From a virus (taxonomy: Duplodnaviria > Caudoviricetes): 36,789 nucleotides of DNA. The translations under genes and the position numbers were made by a program. Under the pieces are notes generated by a model, which saw nothing but the letters and a program-made list of their open reading frames with translations, searched no databases and had not been told where the DNA came from. Location of the stretch: IMG/VR virus record IMGVR_UViG_3300046786_000913, positions 1 to 36,789 of that record; one strand, written 5' to 3'. Within the stretch, counting starts at the first letter, position 1; every line of letters begins with the position of its first letter. Positions 9,102-18,240 of the stretch are shown here, one piece after another.

Positions 9102-12100
9102 TTAGAAGCTCCTGTCAGAGTAATTCTGACTTCGGTCTTTTCGAACTTCGTTTCCTAGCTTCACTTTGATATTCACAGGGGTAAATCGAGCGCGAGCAAC
9201 ATTAGCCGCTTGACGAGCCTTGACTGGAGTCCACTCAATTCCTGTGTTACCCCTATCACCTGGCTTATCAGAAGCTCGTTTGCCGTTGTTACCCCACGGT
9301 GTAAAGCCCTTGTCATCTTCAGGATATTGAGCAGCAGGAGTTGCACCTTTACTAGCAAGCAAAGCGTTCAAGGAGTTCCATAGATAAGTCTGCCCCGACT
9401 TGGTAGAGCCAAGACCACCAGCCTCAAAGAAGCCACTTTCATCAAGTTTGGTCATTAACGCGTTCAATCGCTGATAGTTAGGTGATGCGCTCAAAATAGC
9501 TGACTCTTGCTGTGATAGCTCATTTTTAGCAGCAAGATACTGTTCGTAACTTATTTGCTTGTTCTTTAGCTGGTTGTACAATTCGGTGCTCTGACCAGAG
9601 ATAGCAAATAGTTTATCGCTACCTTCTGTGCCGAGGTCAGTCTGGGCGATAGCGTTGCGGATTGATGCCATTGACAGAGGTAATTTAGAGTTCTTTGAAC
9701 CAGCCCCATTTGGTACTGAGGCATCTGACTTGAGATTTTTGCCATCAAGAGTAAGTAATTCAGCGCCAGTATCACCATAGAAGCCGTCGCGCATTTGCTT
9801 AGATAAACCAGAGAGTTTGCCATTTTTCTCAAGCTTTTTAGTGTTATCTGGCTTGCCGTCGACTGCATCGAGGAAGGTAATCGAATCTTGCACTGACTTG
9901 AAGTTATTATTTTTGCCAGTGTCGTAGGTGTTGAACATATCTTTGGTGCTCTTGCCAAGACCAGCTTCGCGACCATAATCCACCAAATCAGTAATTCGGT
10001 CGTTGAACTCAGCGGTAGAAGCATCATTCATTGTTTTGTTGCTCACAACACCTTGATTGTCCACAGTTCGAACACGACCAGCGTTGTCACGGCTGTCTTT
10101 CAAACCATTATAGAAGTCTGGGTCGTAGCTCTTTCGAACAGTATTGGTAAACCAAGTCTTGAGGTCGTCGTCATATACGGTCTTAGCATTAAGGCTTTCA
10201 CCCTGTTTGCCAGCAATATATGGTTGAACCCCGTTGTTGCTAAATGGCACAAACGATTTAGCCATATTCACACCGTAAGATTTAGCGGCATAGCCCTCAT
10301 CTTCACCACTTGTCAACGAATCAACAGCACCAGTGGTTGTATTGAACTGGTCAATATACGGCAGACTGTTCGTGACCATGCCAGCGTAATATTGCCAATC
10401 ACGAGGGTTGCCGTCAGTGATATCACTGAACATTGCTTGGGCTGTACCAGCGAGTGCGATAGGCAATTCAAGAGAAGTCGAGCGAACAGGAACATATTTA
10501 TTATCTCCAACTTTGATAGACCAACCTTTTGGCTTGTCTACTTCATCGCCGTCGTTGTAAACGAGTACACCCGAGCTGGCAAGTGCCGCTGCACCGCCCA
10601 TGATGCCGTAATCCACAAGCTTACTCTTAATCGTGTTGATAGTGTTCGCTGTTATGCCACGCTGGTCTGCACCAATTTCATCAAGCAAGCTCTTCGCAAA
10701 TGGATTAAGGTCTTGTCTGACGATATTTTTAGCAAGGTTCGTAGCAGTACGCACGAATGGGAAAATCAAGTTCTTCGCAGCCATTAAGCCACGAGCACGA
10801 GTCTGGTCTTCTTTTGAAAGCCCAGCAATCATCTGGTCGGCAAGGCTGTCATGATTCTCAACTCGTGCCAAGAACTCAGCTTTTGCACCATCATCACCAG
10901 TGCGGATGTATTCCTTCCATGCATCTAGTGCTTTTTTGGCTTGACCCCTATTAGTCATACCATTGTCTACACCAGCGATAGTGTTGACGAGAGCTTCCAT
11001 CTCATTACCAGCTGTACCAGCGAGCTTGTGAGCTTCTTTTGAGGACACTTTACGCCCCTCTAGCTCTTGGAACGCCCACTTGGTCAATTCGTCACGAATA
11101 GCGCCACGACGGGTATTAGCCAGCGCCGTAGTAGGTATCATTCCCGTGCGATAGGTATTGCCCACGACATATTTCACTGCATCAACAGGGTTTACGCTCG
11201 GCTTATCAGCCCAGTGGCTCAATTCAGATTTAGCCGTATCTTTGAGAATATTTCCATTGCCGAATGTACTCTTTGCCATTTTGATTGGATTTTTAACTGC
11301 AAGCTTGACGTTGGCGGTGAGCTCTTGGAAGATGTTTCGCTCAAGCAAACCAGCACTAGACAGGACGCTCGCATTGCGAGTTCCAATAATATCAGTAATA
11401 TTGTTGATGAGCGCAATCTTTTTGTCTCGACTGCCTTCAAGCTTCTGAATGTCCCTCATAAGTCGGCGAGTAGTGATACCCATTTCGCGACCAACACGAG
11501 AACGCTCGCGACCTACGTCAGAGTCAATAGCATCTGTACCACCCTCTGCATAAGCTTTTTGATTCATCTCTTCGAGTCGGTTATAGTCCATGAGCTGTTG
11601 CTCGAGCTTGTCAAATTTAGTAGCGATACGCTCTGCCTTTTTAGGATTCACGCCACCATCACGGAGAATGTCACGAATCGGGCTCTCACTGTCTTTGCCC
11701 ATACCAACAGCTTCAGCGACACGCCTTTTAACGTCGCTGTTGTCAGCGAGCTTTGGCATAAGCCGTTCAGAGACTTGTTGTGGAGTAAGTCTGCCGTCGC
11801 CTGGAACTTCCATTTCTGGGAGATTTTCAGCACGAACTGGAGTAACACCTTCCAGTGGTGCGTTAGGGTCGTCAATTCGAGGAGTCGCATTTTCAGCCTC
11901 GAGAAGTTGTTGGTTGATGGCAGCCTCTTCAGCTTGGCTCTTGCCAGCTCGAGCATCTTGGAGAGCTCGCACTTCTTCAGCCCCAGCAATAGGCATATTT
12001 TGGTCGCGAACAGGCATAACGGAATCAAGTGGCTGTTGCACTACGCCATCAGCAACAGGAGTAACATCAGTAGTACTTACTGGAGCTTCAGCAGGTCGAG

Positions 12101-13760
12101 CAACAGGAGCTTCTATTTCAGGAGCTCGGACAGGCGTAACCTCGGCAGGCATAGTCGTAACCGTACCCTCTGCGACTGGTGTAGTATCAGAAATCCCTAT
12201 TGAATCACGAGTCATAGCTGGAGCAGGAGTAACAGGGACACCATCGACTATATTTGCTGGAGGTTCAAATGAAACATTGCTATCACCAACTGGGGTCACG
12301 TTTTCTGGCACAGCTACGCCATCGGCTACTTGTTGAGAGCCTCCCTCAATAGGGTCGACTTTTTCAAAAGGAGTAAAGTCCTCGCCCGTGACAGGTGCTA
12401 TATCTTCCACGGGAGTGTACTCAAATTCGCTCATAGCTCCAGCATTTGCTCCACCGCCACGATTCCTAAAACGGTTTACACCTGCGGCAGTTCCAGTGAA
12501 TACGCCACCAGCAGCAGTACCAACTGCGAAGGCTTCACCAGTTTGGGTCAACAGTTCTGCAACTTTGTCAGCGTCAATCTCTCCGTTTTCGTCCATCAAA
12601 GTGCCATTATTACCGAAATATTCAGCAGCAGCTTGAGCCCCTGCCTCTCCACCCTCTATCAAAGAAGGAATAATATATTCAGCGGTCAATCGCTTGAGCA
12701 ATGTTTTTTCAGCCTGAGTAGCTGCGCCCTTGGCAACTTTACCCCCCAAAGACTGCACAAGCTTGCCACTACCACCAAAGAATGTACCGACGACATCTAT
12801 TGCGCCAGAGACACCACGACCTGTTCGTTCGCCTGCATCAAGCTCTTTTTCGAAGCCAGTAGAATAATCTGTACCTTTTCCGCGAGCTGACTCATAAACA
12901 GCCTTACCACCAGTAGGTAGAGCAGTAGCGACACCCTGAATGACATTGCCTCCAAAACGGAAGACATCATCCACTCCTGTTTTCTGTTTGTCATCAACCC
13001 CAGCGGCAGCATCAAAAACGCTCATCTGCCTCATGGCATTTACTGAGTCGTTCAACCTGCCGAAGAAACCACTATCAGTTTTGTCGAAAGCACCAATGGC
13101 TTCACCAGCTGCTCTGCTACGAGTCGAGTTGTCCTCGGCTAGTGCAGAGTTGTAGGCTGCAAATCGTTTCGCCTTAATTGCTGCATCGGGGTCAAGCACA
13201 TTACCATTATCGTCATAAGCTTTGTAGAGTAATTCGGTATTGTACTTACCACGAGCTGCGACTTCAGCACGCCTCGAAGCCGCGCCACCATCCATAAGAC
13301 GACCCCAAAAGTCGAGGCTATCTTTTTCTCGCTTAAACTCTTGGTCATAATACTTGCGCCAGCCGTTATCAGCTTTAATAGCCTCGACATCGAGAGGCTG
13401 ACCCTTACTATCCTGGGCTTTACCTTCATTGAATTGGCGAGATTGTTCGGCAGCTGCCTCAGCAGCAGCTTGACGGCGAGCCTCTTCAACCTGAGCATCT
13501 TGCTGTCGCTTACGCTCATCAACCTGAGCTTTTTCATCAGAGACCAAATAATTCTGTTGAACAGGAGTCACAGCTTGAGCTGTTTGCTGACCAAAAATAC
13601 CGCCCTGGGGCTGCTCATCTTCTTGCACAGCTGGGGCATTTGCACCACTTGGAGCTGGCTGCCAAGACCCACTCTGAACAGAAGCGACTTGCTTAATTGG
13701 AGTGCTTCCAAAAAGGTCGTCTTTTTTATCTTCCTCGTCGCCCCAGTTTATTAGTGCCAT
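9102..13760 (-). CDS. Large internal virion / DNA ejection protein (1552 aa)
   Basis: Largest ORF. Gly/Ala-rich amphipathic helices, Pro-rich linker, and PFVRTATN...SIKVGDNKYVP...PIALAG segments resembling C-terminal regions of large ejection/polyvalent proteins. Confidence 0.6.
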   Translation of the reverse strand: MALINWGDEEDKKDDLFGSTPIKQVASVQSGSWQPAPSGANAPAVQEDEQPQGGIFGQQTAQAVTPVQQNYLVSDEKAQVDERKRQQDAQVEEARRQAAAEAAAEQSRQFNEGKAQDSKGQPLDVEAIKADNGWRKYYDQEFKREKDSLDFWGRLMDGGAASRRAEVAARGKYNTELLYKAYDDNGNVLDPDAAIKAKRFAAYNSALAEDNSTRSRAAGEAIGAFDKTDSGFFGRLNDSVNAMRQMSVFDAAAGVDDKQKTGVDDVFRFGGNVIQGVATALPTGGKAVYESARGKGTDYSTGFEKELDAGERTGRGVSGAIDVVGTFFGGSGKLVQSLGGKVAKGAATQAEKTLLKRLTAEYIIPSLIEGGEAGAQAAAEYFGNNGTLMDENGEIDADKVAELLTQTGEAFAVGTAAGGVFTGTAAGVNRFRNRGGGANAGAMSEFEYTPVEDIAPVTGEDFTPFEKVDPIEGGSQQVADGVAVPENVTPVGDSNVSFEPPANIVDGVPVTPAPAMTRDSIGISDTTPVAEGTVTTMPAEVTPVRAPEIEAPVARPAEAPVSTTDVTPVADGVVQQPLDSVMPVRDQNMPIAGAEEVRALQDARAGKSQAEEAAINQQLLEAENATPRIDDPNAPLEGVTPVRAENLPEMEVPGDGRLTPQQVSERLMPKLADNSDVKRRVAEAVGMGKDSESPIRDILRDGGVNPKKAERIATKFDKLEQQLMDYNRLEEMNQKAYAEGGTDAIDSDVGRERSRVGREMGITTRRLMRDIQKLEGSRDKKIALINNITDIIGTRNASVLSSAGLLERNIFQELTANVKLAVKNPIKMAKSTFGNGNILKDTAKSELSHWADKPSVNPVDAVKYVVGNTYRTGMIPTTALANTRRGAIRDELTKWAFQELEGRKVSSKEAHKLAGTAGNEMEALVNTIAGVDNGMTNRGQAKKALDAWKEYIRTGDDGAKAEFLARVENHDSLADQMIAGLSKEDQTRARGLMAAKNLIFPFVRTATNLAKNIVRQDLNPFAKSLLDEIGADQRGITANTINTIKSKLVDYGIMGGAAALASSGVLVYNDGDEVDKPKGWSIKVGDNKYVPVRSTSLELPIALAGTAQAMFSDITDGNPRDWQYYAGMVTNSLPYIDQFNTTTGAVDSLTSGEDEGYAAKSYGVNMAKSFVPFSNNGVQPYIAGKQGESLNAKTVYDDDLKTWFTNTVRKSYDPDFYNGLKDSRDNAGRVRTVDNQGVVSNKTMNDASTAEFNDRITDLVDYGREAGLGKSTKDMFNTYDTGKNNNFKSVQDSITFLDAVDGKPDNTKKLEKNGKLSGLSKQMRDGFYGDTGAELLTLDGKNLKSDASVPNGAGSKNSKLPLSMASIRNAIAQTDLGTEGSDKLFAISGQSTELYNQLKNKQISYEQYLAAKNELSQQESAILSASPNYQRLNALMTKLDESGFFEAGGLGSTKSGQTYLWNSLNALLASKGATPAAQYPEDDKGFTPWGNNGKRASDKPGDRGNTGIEWTPVKARQAANVARARFTPVNIKVKLGNEVRKDRSQNYSDRSF

Positions 13761-13798
13761 ACTTTTTGTTTTTTTCCTTTTTTCGGCTTTATATAGTC

Positions 13799-13807
13799 AT
13801 TGTATCA
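13799..13807 (-). promoter_or_regulatory. Extended -10 promoter TGATACAAT upstream of the 1552-aa gene
   Basis: TGn-TACAAT directly after the capsid terminator U-tract. Confidence 0.55.
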
Positions 13808-13839
13808 AAAAGCCCCTGCATAATACAGGGGCTCTTTTT
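13807..13839 (-). terminator. Intrinsic terminator after major capsid gene (possibly bidirectional)
   Basis: AGCCCCTG/CAGGGGCT 8-bp stem with A/T tracts on both sides. Confidence 0.85.
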
Positions 13840-13856
13840 ATTCGGCAAAACTAGGT

Positions 13857-14693
13857 TTAGCCTGAAGTACCAACGATGGTGGCAACACCCTTTCGCTTCG
13901 GAGTGGACACGACACAAGTGTACATGTACAGACAGAGCAAGAGTGAGCCGAAGGCAGCAGCACTTTCGCCAACCTTTGAATCGTCAAGGAAGCGAGGAGC
14001 TGAGACGACATCTGGGTTCACGATGACCATGCTTGTATCGGCAGGCATGATATCTGCTGGAACTTCTTTAACCTTGATACCAGCGAGCATACCGATGTCA
14101 CCGCTGCGAAGCGTACCTTCAAGCCCTGAAGTGTAGGGAACGAAGTGGTCGCTAAGACGGATGCTATCAGCAGTAGTAGTGTTAACGTAGCCGAGCATTT
14201 TCTTACCAAGACGAGCGTTGATAAGATAACCGCGAGCAGCAAGAACGTCAGCATAACCATCAGCTGTAGCTTCACGCTCCTGGTGAGTGACAGTTGCGAT
14301 AGCTGCCAAAATACCAAGACGGTAAGCGTCGATTAGTGGTACAAGCTGTTCGGCAACAATAGCGTGAAGGACTTTTCCACCTTCGGTGATGCTGTTGTTG
14401 GTTGCAATGACCGTGCGGTCAAGGAACTGCTTGATATCTTTTTGCTGGTCAAGGGTGTAGGTAGCGATGGTGCTATCTACGTTGACGATACCAGCGATTT
14501 GCTCGCTAAAAGTATCAGTCGCGTCGTGGTTTGTTACTGCACCTTCAGTAACGACAGTACGAACTTTTACTGTCTTAGAACCCTTTTCGAACTTGATTTC
14601 TTTGTTATTTCCTTCAAGTTCTTTGGTGTAGCTTTCCTCATCAAACGGCTGGTCGATGACTGGGCTATAAATTTCACTAGCTGTAATAGCCAT
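13857..14693 (-). CDS. Major capsid protein (HK97 fold, ~278 aa; start re-called at ATG 14693)
   Basis: KTVKVRTV, YTLDQQKD and LRSGDIGMLAGIKVKEVP motifs typical of phage capsid proteins. Strong promoter, RBS aaagggg and own terminator. Confidence 0.8.
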   Translation of the reverse strand: MAITASEIYSPVIDQPFDEESYTKELEGNNKEIKFEKGSKTVKVRTVVTEGAVTNHDATDTFSEQIAGIVNVDSTIATYTLDQQKDIKQFLDRTVIATNNSITEGGKVLHAIVAEQLVPLIDAYRLGILAAIATVTHQEREATADGYADVLAARGYLINARLGKKMLGYVNTTTADSIRLSDHFVPYTSGLEGTLRSGDIGMLAGIKVKEVPADIMPADTSMVIVNPDVVSAPRFLDDSKVGESAAAFGSLLLCLYMYTCVVSTPKRKGVATIVGTSG

Positions 14694-14826
14694 GATATAC
14701 CCCTTTCGGTACAATTTTTAATATTGTTTGTGTTGATGACACACGATTACATCGAGTGCTATCGCCTTTTGGCTGGGAACAGACCCCATACAGTTTGATT
14801 CGCCGAGAAAGCTCTTAGCTAACTTG

Positions 14827-14856
14827 ATTATAGCGTGAGATTTTTCATAATGTCAA
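14827..14856 (-). promoter_or_regulatory. Consensus sigma70 promoter for capsid gene (TTGACA-18-TATAAT)
   Basis: Perfect -35 (14856-14851) and -10 (14832-14827) hexamers. Confidence 0.85.
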
Positions 14857-14860
14857 TAGC

Positions 14861-14886
14861 AAAAGCGCCCTGTGTAATAGGGCGCT
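14861..14886 (-). terminator. Intrinsic terminator upstream of capsid promoter
   Basis: AGCGCCCT/AGGGCGCT stem followed by a U-run on the minus strand. Confidence 0.75.
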
Positions 14887-14972
14887 CGCTCGTAGGATTT
14901 TTTAACCGCCAAAACCCTGATTGAACAAAACGGGCGATAAAAGAACCGCAATCAATATTGTACTATACTGAA

Positions 14973-15401
14973 TTAACCTCTTGCTGGCTCGACTTCTTCA
15001 CCCTGAATTGAAGCTTCTTTCTCTTCAAGGCTTTCAAGCTGAACTTTAGACAAGACTCCAGTTGCAGTCTCGCGAAGCATCACTTCGCCAGTCCTCTTGC
15101 TTCGCACAACACCATAGCGCGGAGTGACTGACTTATCGACAACCATCTTGATTGTCTTGTCGCCCTTAGCTTCTTTCATGCCCTGAGCAATTGCTTTAGC
15201 AATTTCTGAACCTTCGCTTGCAGCTGCACTAGGCTGTGCTGGAGCTGGAGCTGGCTCAACTGGTTCTTGTGGAACTTCAGGAGCAGTTGGCGCTTCAGGC
15301 TCAACTGGAGTTACGGTAGTATTTTCGTCACCCTCAACCCCAGTCAATAATTCTTCAGCTGGTGTTACAGGTTCTTCGGTCGTGTTAGCTTTCTTTACCA
15401 T
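14973..15401 (-). CDS. Hypothetical protein (142 aa), Pro/Glu-rich N-terminus, head-gene region
   Basis: RBS aaggag; intact ORF between scaffold and capsid. Confidence 0.75.
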   Translation of the reverse strand: MVKKANTTEEPVTPAEELLTGVEGDENTTVTPVEPEAPTAPEVPQEPVEPAPAPAQPSAAASEGSEIAKAIAQGMKEAKGDKTIKMVVDKSVTPRYGVVRSKRTGEVMLRETATGVLSKVQLESLEEKEASIQGEEVEPARG

Positions 15402-15430
15402 GATATTTTTCTCCTTATTTTTTTACTTAA

Positions 15431-16720
15431 TTAAATTCGCTTTTTAATACCAAGCTCTTTATAAAGCTCATTAGCCGCATTAACAGTTGGGTCTGATGAA
15501 CGGCTATGTGGCACGTTCACGCCAGAACCCCTGTCCACACTATCATTGACACCATTTAGCGGCAAATTGCGCTTCTTACTCTCAATACGCTTCAAAGCAC
15601 CGAGAATCTTCTTCGGGTCAATTCTCAAACCAACAATTACAGGAAGCTTACCTTCGGCGTTGCCAGGCTCAGTGCCTTCGAGATATTCAACTGCTTCATT
15701 GATGATTGGCATAGCCTCAGCTGCAAAATCCTCATCGAACTTACCACTTGTGCTAACAAGTTCTGGGTACTCATCCATCAAACCAGCTAAAGCATCATAA
15801 GCATCAGCCGACTTCTTCATGAGATTGCGACTTGTTTCATCAAAATGTTCTTGCACACGAGTAGCATAGTTAGCCTTAGCTTGACGCTCCTGAGCACGCT
15901 GTTCAAAACCATCCTTCCAGCGTCGCCACGCAAGTTCAGCCTGCTCTGGGGTAAGCTCACGGATTTCACCAGTCTTATTGTCACGAACAGTGCGGAAATC
16001 AGCGACAGTATATTCAGGGTCTTCCTGAGAAATTTTAGCTTGCTCTTTTGCTTGTGTCTCTTCACGAAGTTGTTTTTCAAGAGCGTTGGCACGCTCTTCA
16101 GCGGCTTTCTTCTCGTTGGCTAACTTTTGGATTCGAGCTTCTACCGCTGGGTTCGATTTGCCTGGGCGCTTACCTTCTTCGTTTTCTTCCGACGCTGCGC
16201 CCGATTTCCCACCGTCTTCTCCATCTCCGCCATCCTCGTCGCCATCAGCACCTTCGCCTGACTTTGCAGCTTTTCCGTTATCTTTGGATTTAGAGTCTGA
16301 AACTCCGTCCTCATCTTCGCCACCGTCGCCTGATAGTTCTGGGTCTTCTTTTCCGTCTTTTCCGTCCTTCGAGCTGACTTTCTTGCTCTTCGAGTCAGCG
16401 TCATTTCCATCAGACCCATCTGAATCTGAAGCAGATGCAGCTTTAGACTTGTCTTTGCCGTCATCATCGGCTTGCCCTTTTCCAGCTGCGCCACTTGCAT
16501 CGTCTTTCTTGGCAGCCTTTTTATCTCCACCAGCATCGGCTTTAGGTCGTCCTTTAGATTTACCAGTGGGGACAGGAGCTTTGATTCCAAGCTCTTTATA
16601 CATTTCTGCAACTTCGTCGGTGCTTGGCTCTGGGGAATGTCCTTCAGCTGCTCCTGCTGGTCGTTCGTTTTTTCGCTGGTCTGCATCTTGCGCTCCTTCT
16701 ATTGGTTTTTCATCATCCAT
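15431..16720 (-). CDS. Putative scaffolding protein (429 aa)
   Basis: Disordered acidic N-half, VEARIQKLANEKKAAEERA coiled coil, position upstream of capsid. The (E/L)YKELGIK motif occurs at both termini. Confidence 0.7.
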   Translation of the reverse strand: MDDEKPIEGAQDADQRKNERPAGAAEGHSPEPSTDEVAEMYKELGIKAPVPTGKSKGRPKADAGGDKKAAKKDDASGAAGKGQADDDGKDKSKAASASDSDGSDGNDADSKSKKVSSKDGKDGKEDPELSGDGGEDEDGVSDSKSKDNGKAAKSGEGADGDEDGGDGEDGGKSGAASEENEEGKRPGKSNPAVEARIQKLANEKKAAEERANALEKQLREETQAKEQAKISQEDPEYTVADFRTVRDNKTGEIRELTPEQAELAWRRWKDGFEQRAQERQAKANYATRVQEHFDETSRNLMKKSADAYDALAGLMDEYPELVSTSGKFDEDFAAEAMPIINEAVEYLEGTEPGNAEGKLPVIVGLRIDPKKILGALKRIESKKRNLPLNGVNDSVDRGSGVNVPHSRSSDPTVNAANELYKELGIKKRI

Positions 16721-16806
16721 GATTACCCTCTCTTGTATGATTTTTTAATATTATGCGATTTTTGGAAGTGTTTTTTATCTTAGTTATGATTGTACTACAC
16801 ATCAAC

Positions 16807-18240
16807 TCAAATAAACAAACTAATATTGTCGTTGCCGTTCTGCTTTTTACCTCCCAACATTAAATCTTGTTGCATTAACTTCTGGAGACGCTCTCTTTTA
16901 GCCTGCTTTGTGTCAGAAACAACCCCAGGCTCTCTAACCTTCACCTTCGAAAATTCATTGGCTGCGGTGATGCGATACTTCTGAATCGCCTGACCCATAT
17001 AGCAGAGCGAGTCCACCGTGTCAGAATATCCGCCAACGTGAGTCGGCTTCGAAGACCAAAGATGTAGTCGCTCATTCCACTCATACTCAAGTTTTTCAAG
17101 ACAAGTGATTAAGCGCTCAAGACCTTCGTCAATTTTCAAACCAACAAAGACTTTGCGGAGGAAGTTCAATTTGTCCTCGACACGATTTGGCTTCGACAAC
17201 ACGACAGTATTTGTCACACCCTCAATTTCAAGAGACCGCTTATATGACTCATTTCGCGCACCCTTACGGTGAGCGGCATCATGCGGCAGGAAGTGAGTGT
17301 GGACTGCCCACTGGCGCTCTTTCCACTCGCCAATATACCAAGTAACATCCTCGTTGCGATTCTCAATGTGGTCAATCACGCGAGGAAAGCCGTGTTCATT
17401 AACTTGGAACAAAACAATTGAGGTGTAGTCGGCATTACCTAAGTCCCATGCGGTGTAATATGGCAATTTGTCGTCGCCCTCAACCCGAGTGACCCGACCC
17501 TCTTCCTTCATAATTTTAGTGAGTGCGCCAAAAACCGAACCCGAGTTTGGCGAAATCCAGCTGGTCATATACTCCTGCTGATACAGCGCGTCATTACCGT
17601 ATTTGCTGATAATCTTCTTGCGCTCCATTTCCAAAAAGCCCTTCGCCATATACTGAGCAACTTCCTTCATGCCACAGTGCATGTTGCTGTAGAAAGCGAA
17701 ATCTGGGTGAGCTTGGGCAAACTGAGCCTCTTCATAAAAGTGGTTCTTACCACGAGGCGTAGAAATCATGACACGCCAACCACCAGTTTCCGCAAGCATG
17801 GCTGTGATAAATTCAATCGAAGCTGGGTTTAGAACAGCGAACTCATCGAAAACCACACCCATCAAACCAGTACCAACCAGTTTGTCGGCTTTATTGATAC
17901 CAATGAGCTTAATCACTGAGCCGTTAGTCAGCTCAATCTCCATCTTGGCAGAGTTCATCCTGACCACCATATTCTCGGGTATCATGTCGAGGAATTTCAC
18001 CCCCTTCGAGGTCATGGCTATCCAAATGTCGTTATAGGCTGTCGAGTAGTTATCAAAACAATACCAGTATGTACCAGGCTTGCGAGTCGCCTCGCGGATT
18101 AGAAGATTCCAAGCAAAGAGTGATTTACCAGCACGGCGAGACCAACAAAGCACAATGTAGCGGATGCCGTTGTCGAACGCTTTGAGTACCGCCTTCTGAT
18201 AAAGGCGCATGATTATGCCAGCGCCAATAGTCAGTCTCAT
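16807..18240 (-). CDS. terL: Terminase large subunit (477 aa)
   Basis: Walker A WSRRAGKS, Walker B VVFDE, ISTPRGKNHFY, nuclease AWDLGNADYT, HFLPHDA and SDTVDSLCY. Confidence 0.95.
   Translation of the reverse strand: MRLTIGAGIIMRLYQKAVLKAFDNGIRYIVLCWSRRAGKSLFAWNLLIREATRKPGTYWYCFDNYSTAYNDIWIAMTSKGVKFLDMIPENMVVRMNSAKMEIELTNGSVIKLIGINKADKLVGTGLMGVVFDEFAVLNPASIEFITAMLAETGGWRVMISTPRGKNHFYEEAQFAQAHPDFAFYSNMHCGMKEVAQYMAKGFLEMERKKIISKYGNDALYQQEYMTSWISPNSGSVFGALTKIMKEEGRVTRVEGDDKLPYYTAWDLGNADYTSIVLFQVNEHGFPRVIDHIENRNEDVTWYIGEWKERQWAVHTHFLPHDAAHRKGARNESYKRSLEIEGVTNTVVLSKPNRVEDKLNFLRKVFVGLKIDEGLERLITCLEKLEYEWNERLHLWSSKPTHVGGYSDTVDSLCYMGQAIQKYRITAANEFSKVKVREPGVVSDTKQAKRERLQKLMQQDLMLGGKKQNGNDNISLFI

Noticed and set aside
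10053-13754. Long plus-strand ORFs (e.g. 11067..12203, 11590..12336; likewise 5611..6231, 16086..16748)
   Set aside because: Antisense shadows of long minus-strand genes, with no RBS or recognisable motifs.
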